Source: Leucoraja erinacea (Eukaryota). Taken from it: a DNA stretch of 64,000 nt. Below, piece after piece: positions 24,414 through 37,880 of the stretch (position 1 is its first letter; every line of letters starts with the position of its first letter). Both the position numbers and the translations under genes were made by a program. The DNA is taken from assembly GCF_028641065.1 (NCBI RefSeq), contig NC_073405.1, positions 16,368,001 to 16,432,000 of the forward strand. The letters are read 5' to 3'. A model generated the notes under the pieces. That model searched no databases. It saw only the letters and a list, made by a program, of their open reading frames with translations, and was not told where the DNA came from.

Positions 24414-25047
24414 CTACAAAAACAAATATAACAGACAACCATAACATGATTCTAGCCTGGAAGACTGCATTCCTACTGGGATCATTCTGATTAATTCATC
24501 TCTCTCTCTCTCTCTCTCACCCAATTTTAGATTCACACCGGCCTAATGGGAATGGGGTTAAAAAAATGAGGCAAATGATTTTGGTAATGGCTGTTCCTAT
24601 TAATAGCGATAGCACACTATTCATTATAGCAAAAACATAGATGTATATATTGAAGACAAAGAGAATAATATTATGGAAAAAAAATCATAAACTGACTTTG
24701 CTTATATCAAAGAACATTCATAAATTAAGTAATGGAAAATTTACTGAGGATTAAAAATTACATAAATATAGGAAATGACCTGGACTAAATCAGGGGATGA
24801 TCACATAACAATCCCATGTGCCTGCCTGCAAAATGTAGCACATCATCAGATTAACAAATGCAATTTTAAAACCACAGTAGTTGGTTGCCAGTGGTAACAC
24901 GGAACATTAATGATTCAATGATTAATGTGCAGGAATTTAAATACTACCACTGCGGAATTTAAATATGAATTATTAATTAAGTTTGGACTAGATAACCAAC
25001 CCAATAATGATGGTAACTACCAGATTGTTGTAAAAGCACATCTTAGT

Positions 25048-25133
25048 GAAGGTAGGCAAAAATGCTGGAGAAACTCAGCGTCTATGGAAAGAAAGAATAG
25101 GTGACGTTTCGGGTCGAGACCCTTCTTCAGACT
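25048..25133 (-). mobile_element. Penelope-derived short element with intact hammerhead core, inserted in an old SINE-like repeat
   Basis: Minus strand AGT-CTGAAGA-AGGGTCTCGACCC-GAAAC-GTC-ACCT at 25133-25099. Confidence 0.7.
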
Positions 25134-25407
25134 AGTTCACCAATGTCCTTCAGCGATGGAAATTAACCACGCTTACCCAGTGTTGCTTTTATGTGACTCC
25201 AGGTCAGGTAGTGTACTAGAATCTGTAAACCTGAATAGCTGGTCAGGCAGTAAGAGTTCAAATCTGACTTTGACATGTTAATAAATTGAAATCTTTGAAC
25301 CAGACAATGTGCAGAATTGATTCACCAGGATGTTCCCAACACTGGGAAGGTTTAGCTATTGAGAGATGTTGGCTAAGCTGGGAGTTGCTTTCTTTGTTGG
25401 AAGAAGA

Positions 25408-26399
25408 GAGATTTAACGATCAGAGCCCCCCTCCGCCGCATGTGTGCCGAGGATTTTTCCCGTCGATGAAAATTGACAGAGATATTAATGTTTTTACGAA
25501 ATTCCCCATTCTCTCTGCTGCCCCTGCTGGAGGGAGGGGGAGGGACTATAAAACCAGGAAGTGGTGTGCCTCAATCAGTCTCTGCAAGTGGTGTGCCTCA
25601 GTCAGAGCTCTGAATGACACTGGCAAATGTCTACAGCACTGTGAGTACCCTTAATTTGGTTTGAAAATGAAAATATGGTTAAAGGTAAAAAAAACACTGC
25701 CTGCAAATGGTTGTTTGGGTTTGGGTTGAAGTAAAAAGACACTCTCCCCCCCCCCCCCCCCTCTCCCCCCCCCCCCCCCCCCCCCCCCCCCCACCCACCC
25801 CCCCCCTCTCCCCCCCCCACCGCCCCCCCTCTCCTCCTCTACCCCCCCCTCTCCTCTACCCCCCTCACCTCTCTCCCTCCTCTCCTCTCCCCCCCCCCTC
25901 TCCCCCCTCTTCTCCCCTCTCCTCCTCTCTCCTCCCCCCTCCCCCCCTCCCCTCCCCCCCCCTCCTCCCCCCCCCCCCCTCTCCTCCTCCCCCCCCTCCT
26001 CTCTCCCCCCCCTCCCCCCCCTCCTCTCTCTCTCCCCCCCCCTTTCTACCCCTCCTCCCCCTCCATCCCCTCCCCCACTGTCCCTCCCCTAACCCCCCCC
26101 CCCCTCCTCCACACACCCCTACCCCCTTCCCTCCACCCTCCCTCCCCCCTGCTCCCCACCTCTCCCCACCCCTCATCTCTCCCCACCCCTCATCTCCCAC
26201 CCCCATCTCAGCCCCCCTCTCTCCCCCCCCCCCCCCCCCCCCCTCTCTCTCTCTCTCCCCCTCCTCCCCTCCATTAGCGTGAGTGCGGGGGGGGGGGGGG
26301 GGTAGTTAGTGTGTGACGCTGCATGCCGCCTCCCCCCCCCCCCCCCCCCCCCCCCCCCACACCGCATGTTGGGGGAACAGAGGTCTGCACTTGGTCTAG
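25408..26399 (+). mobile_element. Probable Helitron-like non-autonomous element containing a C-rich tract
   Basis: Ends ...GGTCTGCACTTGGTCTAG|T (CTRR 3' end before T). No TIR or TSD seen; 5' boundary approximate. Confidence 0.4.
25741..26360. repeat. Polypyrimidine C/CT-rich low-complexity tract (G-rich on minus strand)
   Basis: Seen directly; potential G-quadruplex or H-DNA. Confidence 0.95.
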
Positions 26400-26785
26400 T
26401 AATTTATATAATTCACCCAACAGTGGGGTTGCTGGAACTCACTATGTAAATAGAGGTGTAGATGCAAATCTCTCATAATACTACAAGGCAATTTGATGAA
26501 CATTGAAAGTGCTACAACCTTACAAGGAAAAGACTGTTAGCTGAGACTTGGACACGGTTAAAGAACTCTTAGATGAATGGGCACAAGCGGCTCCTCCTGT
26601 GCAGTAAAGTTCTACTGTCCTATGTGTGGAAGAAGCTATTCCACAATATTGTTTAAAATGTGATAACCATTTCAAACTTCTTACTTTTAAATGATGGCAT
26701 TACAGAAACATGGCAATGCAGACTGAGACATGAAAACAAAATCCACAACAGCTAAAACCGAGAGACCTGCAAAATTTTTCAATAC

Positions 26786-28297
26786 CTTCTTATCCTTTTC
26801 TTTAACAATGGCAGCAGAGTCCTCGATGAGTTTATGCAATTTGATGATCTTCGTTGACTCAGATTTTAAGTCATGGAGTTGTTTATTCACTGCAGCTACC
26901 TGCTCCTCCGCCGCGTGTTTCTCACTCTTCATGAAGAGTGCTTGTCTCTGCACCTGGAACACCTCCGTGCAGGTCTTCTCATGCTTCTTGGTCAGATCAT
27001 TTAATTTAATTACCAAAGAATTTACCTCGGCCTTCAGGGAGCACATGACCTTCTCATGCTCTTCTTTTTGAATGGTTTGTCCTTTAATTAGCTGCAGTTC
27101 CTCCTGCTGTTGGGACATCTCTTTATCCTTTAATGCCAGTTGCTCTTTCAGCTTATTTGCACTATGGAGGGATTTCTCAAGTGATTCCTTTGTCTTCTCG
27201 TGTTCACTCTTTGACACTGAATTCTTCCTTTGGTGATCTAGCTCATTTTGCAACCTTGCGATTTCTTGCTGGACATCACTGCGTTTCGCTTCTAAATCGG
27301 AGAACCGTTTCTGGGCTTCTCCGAGTGATCTACTTAACGTCTCCTTCACTTCATCGTACTCTTCTTTTGGAACATGTGTGGAGTGAACTAACCCGAGTTC
27401 TTCAACTTTATTTTTGTATTCTGCTTGAAGGTCTCTGCACTTTTCTTGCAATTCTACCTGGGCTTTCTTCAGGCCTTCGAGCTGCTCTTCAACGTCTCTG
27501 GATGATTTTGTGTCATCTTCAGTGGTCTTCCCAAAATGGCTTCTCCGCAGCTCCTCGAGTTCATCTTCTGCTTTGTTATATTTTTCTGTCAGCGAGGAAT
27601 TCTCTTTAGAAATTTCTTCAAGTGAGATACTGAGTGAAATCTTCATTTCATCATATTCTTTCAAAGGAACACTGTCAGACAGAGTCGTCCCCATTTCGCA
27701 CAATTTTTCCTCCAATACTTTTACTTTCTTTTCCTCCTGTCCTTTTGCTTCAAGTGCTTGTAGAAGCTTTATTTTAACATTCTCTAGTTCATGCCCATGG
27801 ATAGATTTTGCACCGTCTGTGTTCATTGCACCTTCATTTCGTACCATTGAAAGGATTCCTAGTTGCATCCGCTCTTCGAGCTGATGAATCTCTGTCATTG
27901 CTATCTCGTATTTATCTTGAGTTTCTTTCAATTTTCTTTTGAGATCTTGAATATCGTGGCTTCCAATTTCTGCCATGTCTTTCAATTCTGAGGTCAGAGA
28001 TTTGGATGAACCCTCTGCCTTTGCATCTATTTTGGCCTTGAACTCTTCAAGAATGTCTTGCAGTCTCTGAACTTCTTCCTCATGTTCCATTTTTAATTGC
28101 TCATATGCTTCCACTGGGACTAACCTTCCAGAGGTTGCTGAATTAACTCTCTCTAAAATTTTAACCTGCGGCCCTTCGTACCGTTCCTTCAACTTCTCAA
28201 AGTCTGCTCGTAATGAATCATAGAGAAGTACTGGAATAAAATCAAGGCTTTCTGAAGAATCCCTCTCATTTGCTCCTTTCTCCAAATGTTCCAACTC
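26786..28297 (-). CDS. ANKRD24: ANKRD24-like exon 17: large coiled-coil exon
   Basis: 1512 nt (504 codons) within ORF 26687..28315, ELEHLEKG...KEKDKK. Contains the family motif KHEKTCTEVFQVQRQALFMKSEKHAAEEQ. tttcAG acceptor and GTATT donor. Confidence 0.92.
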
Positions 28298-28549
28298 CTG
28301 AAAGAAAAGTTGCAAAATCGAATGTGCTGAATACTGGCTGGAACAAGTTAGGTAGATGAATGATTTTATTTAATCCCTTTTACACATTGGAAACATTACC
28401 ACTGATGTGCCTATCCAAAGCAGTTCAAGAGACAAATCAAGAGTATTTAACTTGTCATATACTGACAATGGGACAATGAAATTCTTACTTAACAGGTCTG
28501 TAATACAGTACACATGGATAATACATAATAAAGAAAATTGAATAAATTA

Positions 28550-28750
28550 AGACAATAGACAATAGGTGCAGGAGTAGGCCATTTGAGCCATTCAATGTGA
28601 TCATGGCTGATCATCCCCAATCAGTACCCCATTCCTGCCTTCTCCCCATATCCCCTGACTCTGCTATCTTTAAGCGTCCCATCTAGCTCTCCCTTGAAAG
28701 TGTCCAGAGAACCGGTCTCAGGCAGAGAATTCCACAGATTCACAACTCTT
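28550..28750 (-). mobile_element. CR1 3' end inside a Rex1-like fragment
   Basis: Same tail and sequence as 4249-4626. Confidence 0.75.
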
Positions 28751-30299
28751 TGTTAATAACTCCAATGCTGGTGTAAAAAAAAATCCCACATCCTTAGTGC
28801 AACCAAAGACAATGCATAGTTCATAGGTTAGTATAGTGTCACGTCAGATGGTTGTGGGGAAGAAGATATCCTTGAACTTGGTGATCCCAGGGTTTAGAAT
28901 TCTATGACCTTTTTCCTGATGGTAGATACAACTGCAACGGGATACAATTATCAATGGGAACTTCATAAAGGAATTGTGTTGATGCAGAATGGGGATCACA
29001 TTCTCACCCAGACAGCTAGTTTGGTTCTTAGGAGTAGATTAGATTAACATTCTTCATTAATGGGCGTGCAAGTCTCTGGCAAAACCAGCCATTCAATTCT
29101 ACAGCCTTCAGAAAGTACTCACTGTTTCACTGCCTATTATCACAGCAACACACTTTGAATTTAATTTAAATCCCCACACTGTCATAATGTTCCTTGTTCT
29201 CCCTTAGTTCCAGTTCTCTTGAATCTGGCTCACTAACATACCACCCAATATCTAGCTCACTAACATACCACGTCCCATCACCCCAAGTTAAACATAGTGC
29301 CTTCCCTCAACATCCCACATCCCTAACAGCCATAATCTCTTCTATCTCATCAACCATTAAGCTATCGAGAAGATAGACATGAAATGCTGGAGTAACTCAG
29401 TGAGTCATGAGCAGCATCTCTGCACAAAATGGATAGGTGAAGCTTCAGAATTTTTCAAGCTATTGAACTACACTGCACAATCCTAACCACAACCCTAACT
29501 CGACCTAGAATGGACTCTGTTTAGATTGCATGACGTACTTCAGTTTGCATTATTATGGTCTATTTACTTGGTATTTGCTGATCATTTATAGTATTATTGA
29601 TTATTGTATATTTATTTGTTGAATTGTGGTGTTAATATGTCTGTGAAGGTGTACCAAGTAAGAATTTCATTATTCTGTTCCCTGTACATAGGCAAATTAA
29701 ACACTGTTGACCCGGACAAATATGATGAGCAGACCCCACACTGCATTCTTTACAATCTACCCCCAACCTACAGGCAAATATTAGAATTATAAACCTGATA
29801 ATAAGTATAATTTCCTCAATCATTTACTTACTAATGATCCAAACCTGTAAGCCACCAGCCATTGTACAAAGTACAGTGTGAATGGCGTGTAAATGTAGTG
29901 AGCTGAGGAAATAAGTACAGGCAGGAAAGGGACATCTCCCTCTGTTTCGTATTCACTTCAAGCAGAAAGTACTTGATTAAACCGGTGTAAATTAGGAAAA
30001 GGTAATAAAATATTGAAATGCAGACAAACTAAGAGTACTTGACCTTCATAAATAAACTAGTTTAAATGTTATCAAATACATTTGAGTGCATAAATCAAGG
30101 TCAATTGGAATGTCTGGGAAAGTGATTTGTTGGATACAATATGTGGAATTTGCTGGAGGTCAGGAAGAACTTCATCAAAACTCGATGTACTCTCCTGAGG
30201 TCTGGACAGCAGATTTTACAAGTGTTATTTGGATTAGTGGATCCAGAGGCAATCACAACTTTAGGTGATAATAATAACCTGGGTTTGAGTATTGGGCAG

Positions 30300-31200
30300 G
30301 AAAAAGTATGCAACTATGAATCAGGTGAGTTTGAAATCCAGGATGTGGTGACATATGAGCCTCAGTCTTTGACCAAGTCCAATAGGTACAAAGTATTTGT
30401 TGCCAGTATAGATATAAAAAAAGATGGGATGTTGGTATGCAAGACCATTCGGGATAGGGAAGTGAAAAGGAACATGGCAGTGGTATGTGAGTGCAGTGAA
30501 GGAGAGGGACATGATTCTCTGTGCTGACAGTGTGAGACCTGAGGGCTGTGCTGTCCACCCAATGCTGGGGTTAAGGACATTTCCTCAGGGCTGGGGGAAC
30601 AAGAATTGGGAAGGCGAGTTGGCAGGGTCCGCTGAGAGCAGCAACATTGGAGCATTAATAAGAAGGTAATGCAGAGAAACTATGAAGGACCTAGTCAAGC
30701 AGAACCATAAAAGTAATAAGCAAGGATTGTTTACTGAGCAACATGCAAACGGCCATGAGGGCAGACAACACAACACAACACTAAAAGGGTGATATGATAA
30801 AAGGAGGTTTAGATTCATGGGACACTGGCATCAGTACCGGGGAAGTGAGTTGTTCTGATGAGGTTGGGACAATTTGCTGGCAAATTGAATAACTTGGGCT
30901 ATTGATAGGTTCTAACTGGTTTCAAGAAAGGGATGTGGGAAAGGAGAGAGGTTCAGATGAGGGAAAAAATAGTTCTGATGTGTTGTGGATCCAAGCAGTG
31001 ATCCAAGAAAATTAGCATGAAGGAACAGCATATTTAGGAAGGCAAATGGGATATTGGCAAGGGGCTTGGGAGAATATGGAATTCTTGATGCAGTTGTGCT
31101 GGTCTTTGAAGGAAGCACCCCTGGAGAATTGTACACATTTTTTGGTCTCATTTAAGGAAGAATTCACTTGCCTTAGAAGCATAGGGTCACTTGGTTTATT
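30300..31200 (+). mobile_element. Degraded CR1 fragments (ORF1 esterase-like region and RT remnants)
   Basis: SNRY.V motif and 'gattctctgtg...tgtccacccaatgctggggttaaggac' resemble CR1 ORF1; later KKANG/YCxxFWSH remnants. Confidence 0.45.
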
Positions 31201-31818
31201 GACCCCCCATGGCAGAAGCATCCATGTCGCGGGGCTGGAAACTGGAAGTATCCTGAGCTAATTCTGCTACCATCATCATCTAATGCGACAAGTGATGGCT
31301 TCCACTGATTGTTGCCGGAAGCCTGTGTCCTTTTTAGGACAGACGATGACAGCGAGGTCAACATTTGTAACAAGATGGACTCGAAAAGAAGAAGAGTGGA
31401 TTTATTTCTGATTTGTAGGACATGTGATTTTGGGAATGTAGGAGTTGTCTCATTCTTATAAACTCTCCAAAACATAAAAATAAAAGGTAATTTCATTAAT
31501 AACCTTAAGGTTCTGATGGGGTTTGACAACATTAATACTAGGAGGATAGGTCCCTTGGTGGGGGAAGCCAGTAACAGAAGATGTTCTCAGGATAAATACA
31601 TAGCATTTATGAATGAAGATTTGTTTTTGAATTTGCCATCCAAAAGAACTATGGATGGTGAGTCATTAAAAAATTATTCCAAGATTCTGCTAATCATCAA
31701 TATTTTTGAAATGTAGTTGCTACCATAATTATAACAAGGCATTCCTTAACTCTTCCTCTGATCCTCTCACCCCCATTATGAGGTCAATAGCAAGAATCAC
31801 CATCTAAATGCTCGTTAC

Positions 31819-31940
31819 CTGGAGTTTTATTTGCAGCTCCTGATTTTCTGTTGTGAGACTCTCTACTTGGCTCTGCAGAGTTGCAACCCATTCCTCACTG
31901 GGATGGTCAAGACTACTTTCTGAAAATAGATTCTCAGTTC
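31819..31940 (-). CDS. ANKRD24: ANKRD24-like exon 16
   Basis: 122 nt, phase 1-0. GTENLFSESSLDHPSEEWVATLQSQVESLTTENQELQIKLQ. Confidence 0.85.
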
Positions 31941-32393
31941 CTAAAAGAATGGAATAACAGTAAGCAATTGAATGGAAATGTTTAAAGGGTTGTATTACAG
32001 CAAAATTGCAACAAAATGAATGCTAAGAATGGTCATTCATCGGAAAGCAGCTGAATACTGATGGCAATCTATCCCGACAGCACCCGAGATCAGGATTGAA
32101 CCCATGTCTTTGGCACTGTGCAGCACGGTTCTACCCGCTGTGTCGCTGTGCTGCTCAGGGATTAGTTCATAGGAAAATGATGGGAATTAGATTGTTCAAG
32201 AGTGAGAATATGGTGGATAAATAAATACATTTAAAATATTCATTTATATAGTTAAATAAAATTGACCGCTCGGAACAAATGGATAATATGGTAACTCTGT
32301 CAACAATTTTGTGTATTTTCAAAACTCCTAGAGGTGTTTTATTGGAGTAAAAATAAATCCAAAAAACTAATTGCATTCAAAAAGATGGTTTAC

Positions 32394-32451
32394 CTGTAAA
32401 ACTGGAGAGCATTTCATCCTCATCCGTTAAGTCATTCTCATGATGTTTGCC
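32394..32451 (-). CDS. ANKRD24: ANKRD24-like exon 15
   Basis: 58 nt, phase 0-1. GKHHENDLTDEDEMLSSFT. Confidence 0.8.
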
Positions 32452-32561
32452 CTGCAAAAATTAGGAAACTGCTTAAATATACAAGGGACGTCTACTTTAA
32501 TCTCAGCGTCTCAACTAATTCTCTCCTCGCCCAAATTAACTGATCAGACTAACTGGTTATT

Positions 32562-32657
32562 CCTTCTCTCCAGAGATGCTGCCTGTCCCGTTGAGTTACT
32601 CTAGCTTTTTGTGTCTATCTTTGGTTTTAAACCAGCATCTGCAGTTCCTTCCTACAC
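32562..32657 (+). mobile_element. Short Penelope-derived element (truncated)
   Basis: 11-bp TSD AACTGGTTATT (32551-32561 and 32658-32668). Confidence 0.75.
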
Positions 32658-32745
32658 AACTGGTTATTTATCTCACTTCTGTTTCTGGAAATCTTCTGGG
32701 CTGTAATATACTGTATTAGTATATTACTAATATGACTAATACTAA

Positions 32746-33915
32746 TTGAGATTAGTATACAAACTTAAAGCAAATGGCATTGGGGGTTCAGTATTGATGT
32801 GGATAGAGAACTGGCTGGCAAACAGGAAGCAAAGAGTAGGAGTAAACGGGTCCTTTTCACAATGGCAGGCAGTGACTAGTGGGGTACCGCAAGGCTCAGT
32901 ACTGGGACCCCAGCTATTTACAATATATATTAATGATCTGGATGAGGGAATTGAAGGCAATATCTCCAAGTTTGCGGATGACACTAAGCTGGGGGGCAGT
33001 GTTAGGTGTGAGGAGGATGCTAGGAGACTGCAAGGTGACTTGGATAGGCTGGGTGAGTGGGCAAATGTTTGGCAGATGCAGTATAATGTGGATAAATGTA
33101 AGGTTATCCATTTTGGTGGCAAAAACGGGAAAGCAGATTATTATCTAAATGGTGGCCGATTGGGAAAGGGGGAGATGCAGCGAGACCTGGGTGTCATGGT
33201 ACACCAGTCATTGAAGGTAGGCATGCAGGTGCAGCAGGCAGTAAAGAAAGCGAATGGTATGTTGGCTTTCATAGCAAGAGGATTTGAGTATAGGAGCAGG
33301 GAGGTTCTACTGCAGTTGTACAGGGTCTTGGTGAGACCACACCTGGAGTATTGCGTGCAGTTTTGGTCTCCAAATCTGAGGAAGGACATTATTGCCATAG
33401 AGGGAGTGCAGAGAAGGTTCACCAGACTGATTCCTGGGATGTCAGGACTGTCTTATGAAGAAAGACTGGATAGACTTGGTTTATACTCTCTAGAATTTAG
33501 GAGATTGAGAGGGGATCTTATAGAAACTTACAAAATTCTTAAGGGGTTGGACAGGTTAGATGCAGGAAGATTGTTCCCGATGTTGGGGAAGTCCAGGACA
33601 AGGGGTCACAGCTTAAGGATAAGGGGGAAATCCTTTAGAACCGAGATGAGGAGAACCTTTTTCACACAGAGAGTGGTGAATCTCTGGAACTCTCTGCCAC
33701 AGAGGGTAGTTGAGGCCAGTTCATTGGCTATATTTAAGAGGGAGTTAGATGTGGCCCTTGTGGTCAAGGGGATCAGAGGGTATGGAGAGAAGGCAGGTAC
33801 GGGATACTGAGTTGGATGATCAGCCATGATCATTTTGAATGGCGGTGCAGGCTCGAAGGGCCGAATGGCCTACTCCTGCACCTAATTTCTGTTCCTATGT
33901 TTCTATGTTTCTATA
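32746..33915 (+). mobile_element. Young 5'-truncated CR1 LINE with an intact RT C-terminal ORF (354 aa)
   Basis: SGVPQGSVLGPQLF, KFADDTKL, LVRPHLEYCVQFW with no stops; (TTTCTATG)n tail. Antisense in an ANKRD24 intron. Confidence 0.95.
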
Positions 33916-34416
33916 TGTTCTTAACAACAGTGGCTGCTCTTCAAAAGTATTCCATAGATTTTAGAGTTCCAAGGAGACATTGTGGAAAATAATGTGAATA
34001 AAGGTATTAGGAAAAAGCAAGATTACTTGGATAGCTCTTTCAAAAGCCTATTTCAAAGTCCAAGAGGTAGTCACAAAAGTTCCAGGAGCATGTGAACAGT
34101 AGAGGACACAGCTCTCAGATAGGAAGCTGGAGGTATTTCTGGGACAAATGCCCATTTAAACAATAGTCTGATTTTCTATTCTTCCTATCATGTTTCCTGA
34201 CATTATATTCTATCAAACTTAATTTTTGTCCACTCAAGCTGAGAGATCATAATTTTGACTTTAAATACAAGGTTGCCAAAACACAGGTCCATTTTGTGAC
34301 TCATTGAGTGCGAATGTGGGGATCCCTTTGTAAACTCATTGTATCCTCCTTACTGTGCCATGACTCCAAGACACTCCAATGTTAATGTAAAATATCTTTC
34401 TAAATGGACCGTTTAC

Positions 34417-34515
34417 CTCATGCAAAGAAAGTTTGCCGTGCAGAATTTCAACCTGCTTGGTAACGTCTTGACGTTGTTGCTCTTTCTCAGATAGCTTGTT
34501 TGTGAGCTCCTGTAC
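34417..34515 (-). CDS. ANKRD24: ANKRD24-like exon 14 (coiled coil)
   Basis: 99 nt. VQELTNKLSEKEQQRQDVTKQVEILHGKLSLHE. Confidence 0.82.
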
Positions 34516-35200
34516 CTATTAACATTAGCATTGATTATGGAGAGACAAATACATTAGATTGTGCCTAACATAGAAAACATCATATAAGCTTGCTTCTTCA
34601 GAGTTGTAATATCACCACAGAATGTCAACTAACTTCAATGACTCAAATATTGAACCTGAATTTCCATCAGATCCTCCAAATCTCTTGCAATAATAAGGGA
34701 CCCACTGATATTTGGAGATCAAGTCCTTGCATTCGATTAACGAAGGCTATCCAACAAATCAAGATATCGATTAAGAATATTGATTAAGAATATTGATCAA
34801 TTTAGGATTTAATGGGATCACTAATAAGACAAAGCCCTTTTCAGTAGATAGTTTAGTAATTGAAGGATTGATGTGTTTTATCAAATACATAAATACATGA
34901 TTCCGATGGTGTGCAGGTTCGCTGCTGTTTGTTTTGTCACAAATTCAATGTAGACTGCAATCACAATCTTAAAAGGTACACACACATTCCTGATATAATT
35001 TGGAAATATAGTATTCTCTGTTCATTTGGACTCAGTAATCGGCATACAACACCATTGGTAAATGTATTTGTGCAAGCAAATTTGAATTACCAATTGATCG
35101 GAATTAAAACATTTTGTATCAACAAAATGACTATGGCAAGTAATACTGTTGATTCGTTATATCCAACAGCTAAAAATCATTAAAACATAGATGATCATAC

Positions 35201-35248
35201 CTGATTCTCAAGTTGATGAACTCCACTGTCTTTCGCAATCAGCACCTT
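35201..35248 (-). CDS. ANKRD24: ANKRD24-like exon 13
   Basis: 48 nt, phase 0-0. KVLIAKDSGVHQLENQ, ttccAG acceptor and GTATG donor. Confidence 0.72.
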
Positions 35249-36859
35249 CTGGAAATAGAAAAGATTCATGATTATTTTCTCTTTTGTGTAGAATCAGTCA
35301 TGCATCAAAGCACAAAGAATGCCAGCACTCAGTTCAATTGTTAAACCACACAATTACCAGTGAACTTTATTGCCTGCCATCACAGTGAGAAATGTGGAAT
35401 CCACTGTGGTGGATGTTTATGTTGCCTTTTATGGGGTTGTGTATCTTGTTGCTTTTCACTTAGTAAGGCTGTATGGTAACTCAAATTTCATGTGACAATA
35501 AACTGACCTTGAAAAATGGAAATGTACGGCTGTCAGAACTGCTAACTCTAAAAAATGAAGTTTTGAAGTCAAACAGAAGCATTATAGAGCACATTCAGTA
35601 ATTCAAATGCATATGAGTAACTCCAGCCTCCATTTTTGTTTTTGTTTTTTTTTGCACTTTATCAGTTTATTTATCAGAGTAACTCCGGCCTCCATTTAAA
35701 CGTGAATTCGCACATATGTGAGAAATGGCTCAGCTGTAGATCTTGAACTTGCACTTCTGAACTGCAGTTTCAGGATTCTTGGCTGGAGACAGCAAAAGTG
35801 AATAATGAAGGTAAAGTGGTTTGGACTGAGAGATGACAATGATCTGAGTAGCTCAGTAGAGTTTTGATGAAACAAAGACGCTCAGGTATTGTTGCATCTT
35901 CCCTTTACCAATCTATCACTGTTTAATAACGTCTTGCTATTTCTTGCAACCAAAGTGACTAACTTCACATTTATCCATGGTAAACTGCATCTGTCACACA
36001 TTTGCTCATCACTTGATTTGTCTGAATCACAAGAACCATTTTGAATTTCTTCACGTCACATTCCCATCTAGTTTTGTACCTTTGGAACTTCAGAGATGTT
36101 ATATTTAGTTCCCTTATCCAAATCATTGATCTATTTTGATCTATTAGATCTCTCCACTCCTTTAGGGCATACCTTGAAACCCACCTCTCTGACCCAATAC
36201 TTGATCACATCACCTTATGTGGCTCAGTATCATTTCCTTTGTCTTACTGCAAACCCATGAAATAATGTGAGACATTTTCAGTTCATTGCTCCTCAATGTT
36301 GTTTTAAATTGCAAGTAGTTAGAATCTCCAAAGCAGAGCCGAAAGATTAGTAAAATGGGAACAAATTGTAATTGTCAAAAATGAACGCAATATATATGTG
36401 AAAACAAATAAAATGGTAGGTGGAAGAGTCTAACTGGATACATTTTTGAAAGGCTGGAATGATGTTCCAAATGCCTTCTTCTATACTACAAATTACAATG
36501 ATTCTCCAGTCCAGATTTAAAATTTTCTGGCAATACATAATTTGGATTCCAAGTTGGACTCACTAATAGTTCAGTAGGATAATGTTAAAATGAAGTAGGA
36601 ATCAATCAGTTGTCAATGTAACAGATGTTTGCATCTCTAGCAATATTGAGGGGCAGGTTGGCAATTAGACCACAAGGTATTATGTAGATTATCTTTATTA
36701 TGCAAACTGAACAAGAAACTCTTAGAGAGTTAAGTAAGCTTTTGTCGGATTTTGTTGATACTTTCCAAAAGAGGACAGCATTTCTTTACTATAGACCAGA
36801 GGTAGCTGAACTAATGCAAGTTGTACACAGTCCACACAGTAAGAGACAAAAGGAATTAC

Positions 36860-36967
36860 CTCCCGCTGGCACTTGTCCACCAGCTGCTCCAGGTTGCTAA
36901 TTGTTTGTAGCAGGTCCTGCCGCTCTTCTTGAAGCTGGAATACCTCCTCACTTAACTTCTGGTCATT
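36860..36967 (-). CDS. ANKRD24: ANKRD24-like exon 12 (coiled coil)
   Basis: 108 nt. NDQKLSEEVFQLQEERQDLLQTISNLEQLVDKCQRE. Confidence 0.85.
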
Positions 36968-37529
36968 CTGTGAAACCAACAGAACAAGTTAAAGGTGGTT
37001 AATGTGCAATGGACTTTGTTGCTCTGCAATTGCTTCCCTTGTTATAGAGACTTACAGCATGCAAACAGGCCCCTTGGCCCAACTTGCTCACACCGTGTAC
37101 ATCCCATCTAAATTAGTCCCATTTGCCTGCGTTTGGCCCATTTGTGCTATTGAGTATGGCCACACTAAACAGGTTTGTTGGGCTCTCATACACAACAGGC
37201 CAATGTGCATTGTCCTGGTGCAGGATATTGTGAATGTACGGTAGTCCTGTGAGATGCCACCTCTACAAGATGCATTAATGACCATGTGTACCCACAGAAT
37301 CTGAAGAGTCGGTCAGAGTCAGTTTGTAGACCTATTTTAAGGGGGAAAAATTACAAACACTTTGTTGTCTCTGCATCTTCCCGATTCTTTGTTTATTCTC
37401 ATTTACTTTTATTCTGTGTTTCCTTTTTAACAAAGTTTATATTAAAATATTTAAAGAATTTGTGTTGATGTAGCACCAGAGTTTGTAATTGACAGATTTT
37501 GTAGCACCAAAGAAATTGTAGTTTCTGTT

Positions 37530-37770
37530 AACTGTTGCAATGTAGGAAAGCAAGGCAGCCAGTTGCACACAGGAATTTTCCACCAACAACAAATATACAA
37601 ATGACGAGATGTTGGCCACGATATGTTCTCTGCTTTACCTCCTCTTCACTTCAGCATTTTAAACAATCTTGAAGTAAACATCCGATAGGAAAGAAAACAC
37701 TGCCAGATGCAACACTCACTCAGTCCTGCACTGAGCAACAGTTTACTTAACTCTTAGAGTGTGGGTTCAC
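37530..37770 (-). mobile_element. Ancient Deu-domain SINE-like remnant
   Basis: 'gcagccagttgcacacagg...catccgatagg...gcaacactcactcagtcctgcactg' resembles the reverse complement of the recalled SacSINE1/AmnSINE1 Deu core. Confidence 0.4.
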
Positions 37771-37880
37771 TTGGTTGATCTGGGATGGAAGTGAATAATT
37801 AATGACTGGAGTTTTGACTGACTTTGTTGGACAAACGACTATAATTTTTCGTCACTCTAAAATAAAAATGATGAGCTCAC

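Noticed and set aside
25707-26282. 191-aa polyproline ORF and the Gly/Arg-rich antisense ORFs
   Set aside because: Translation of a C-rich low-complexity tract inside an intron; no evidence it is coding.
32746-33810. 354-aa reverse transcriptase ORF as a host gene
   Set aside because: It is a 5'-truncated CR1 LINE with a typical tail and near-identical partial copies elsewhere in the window.
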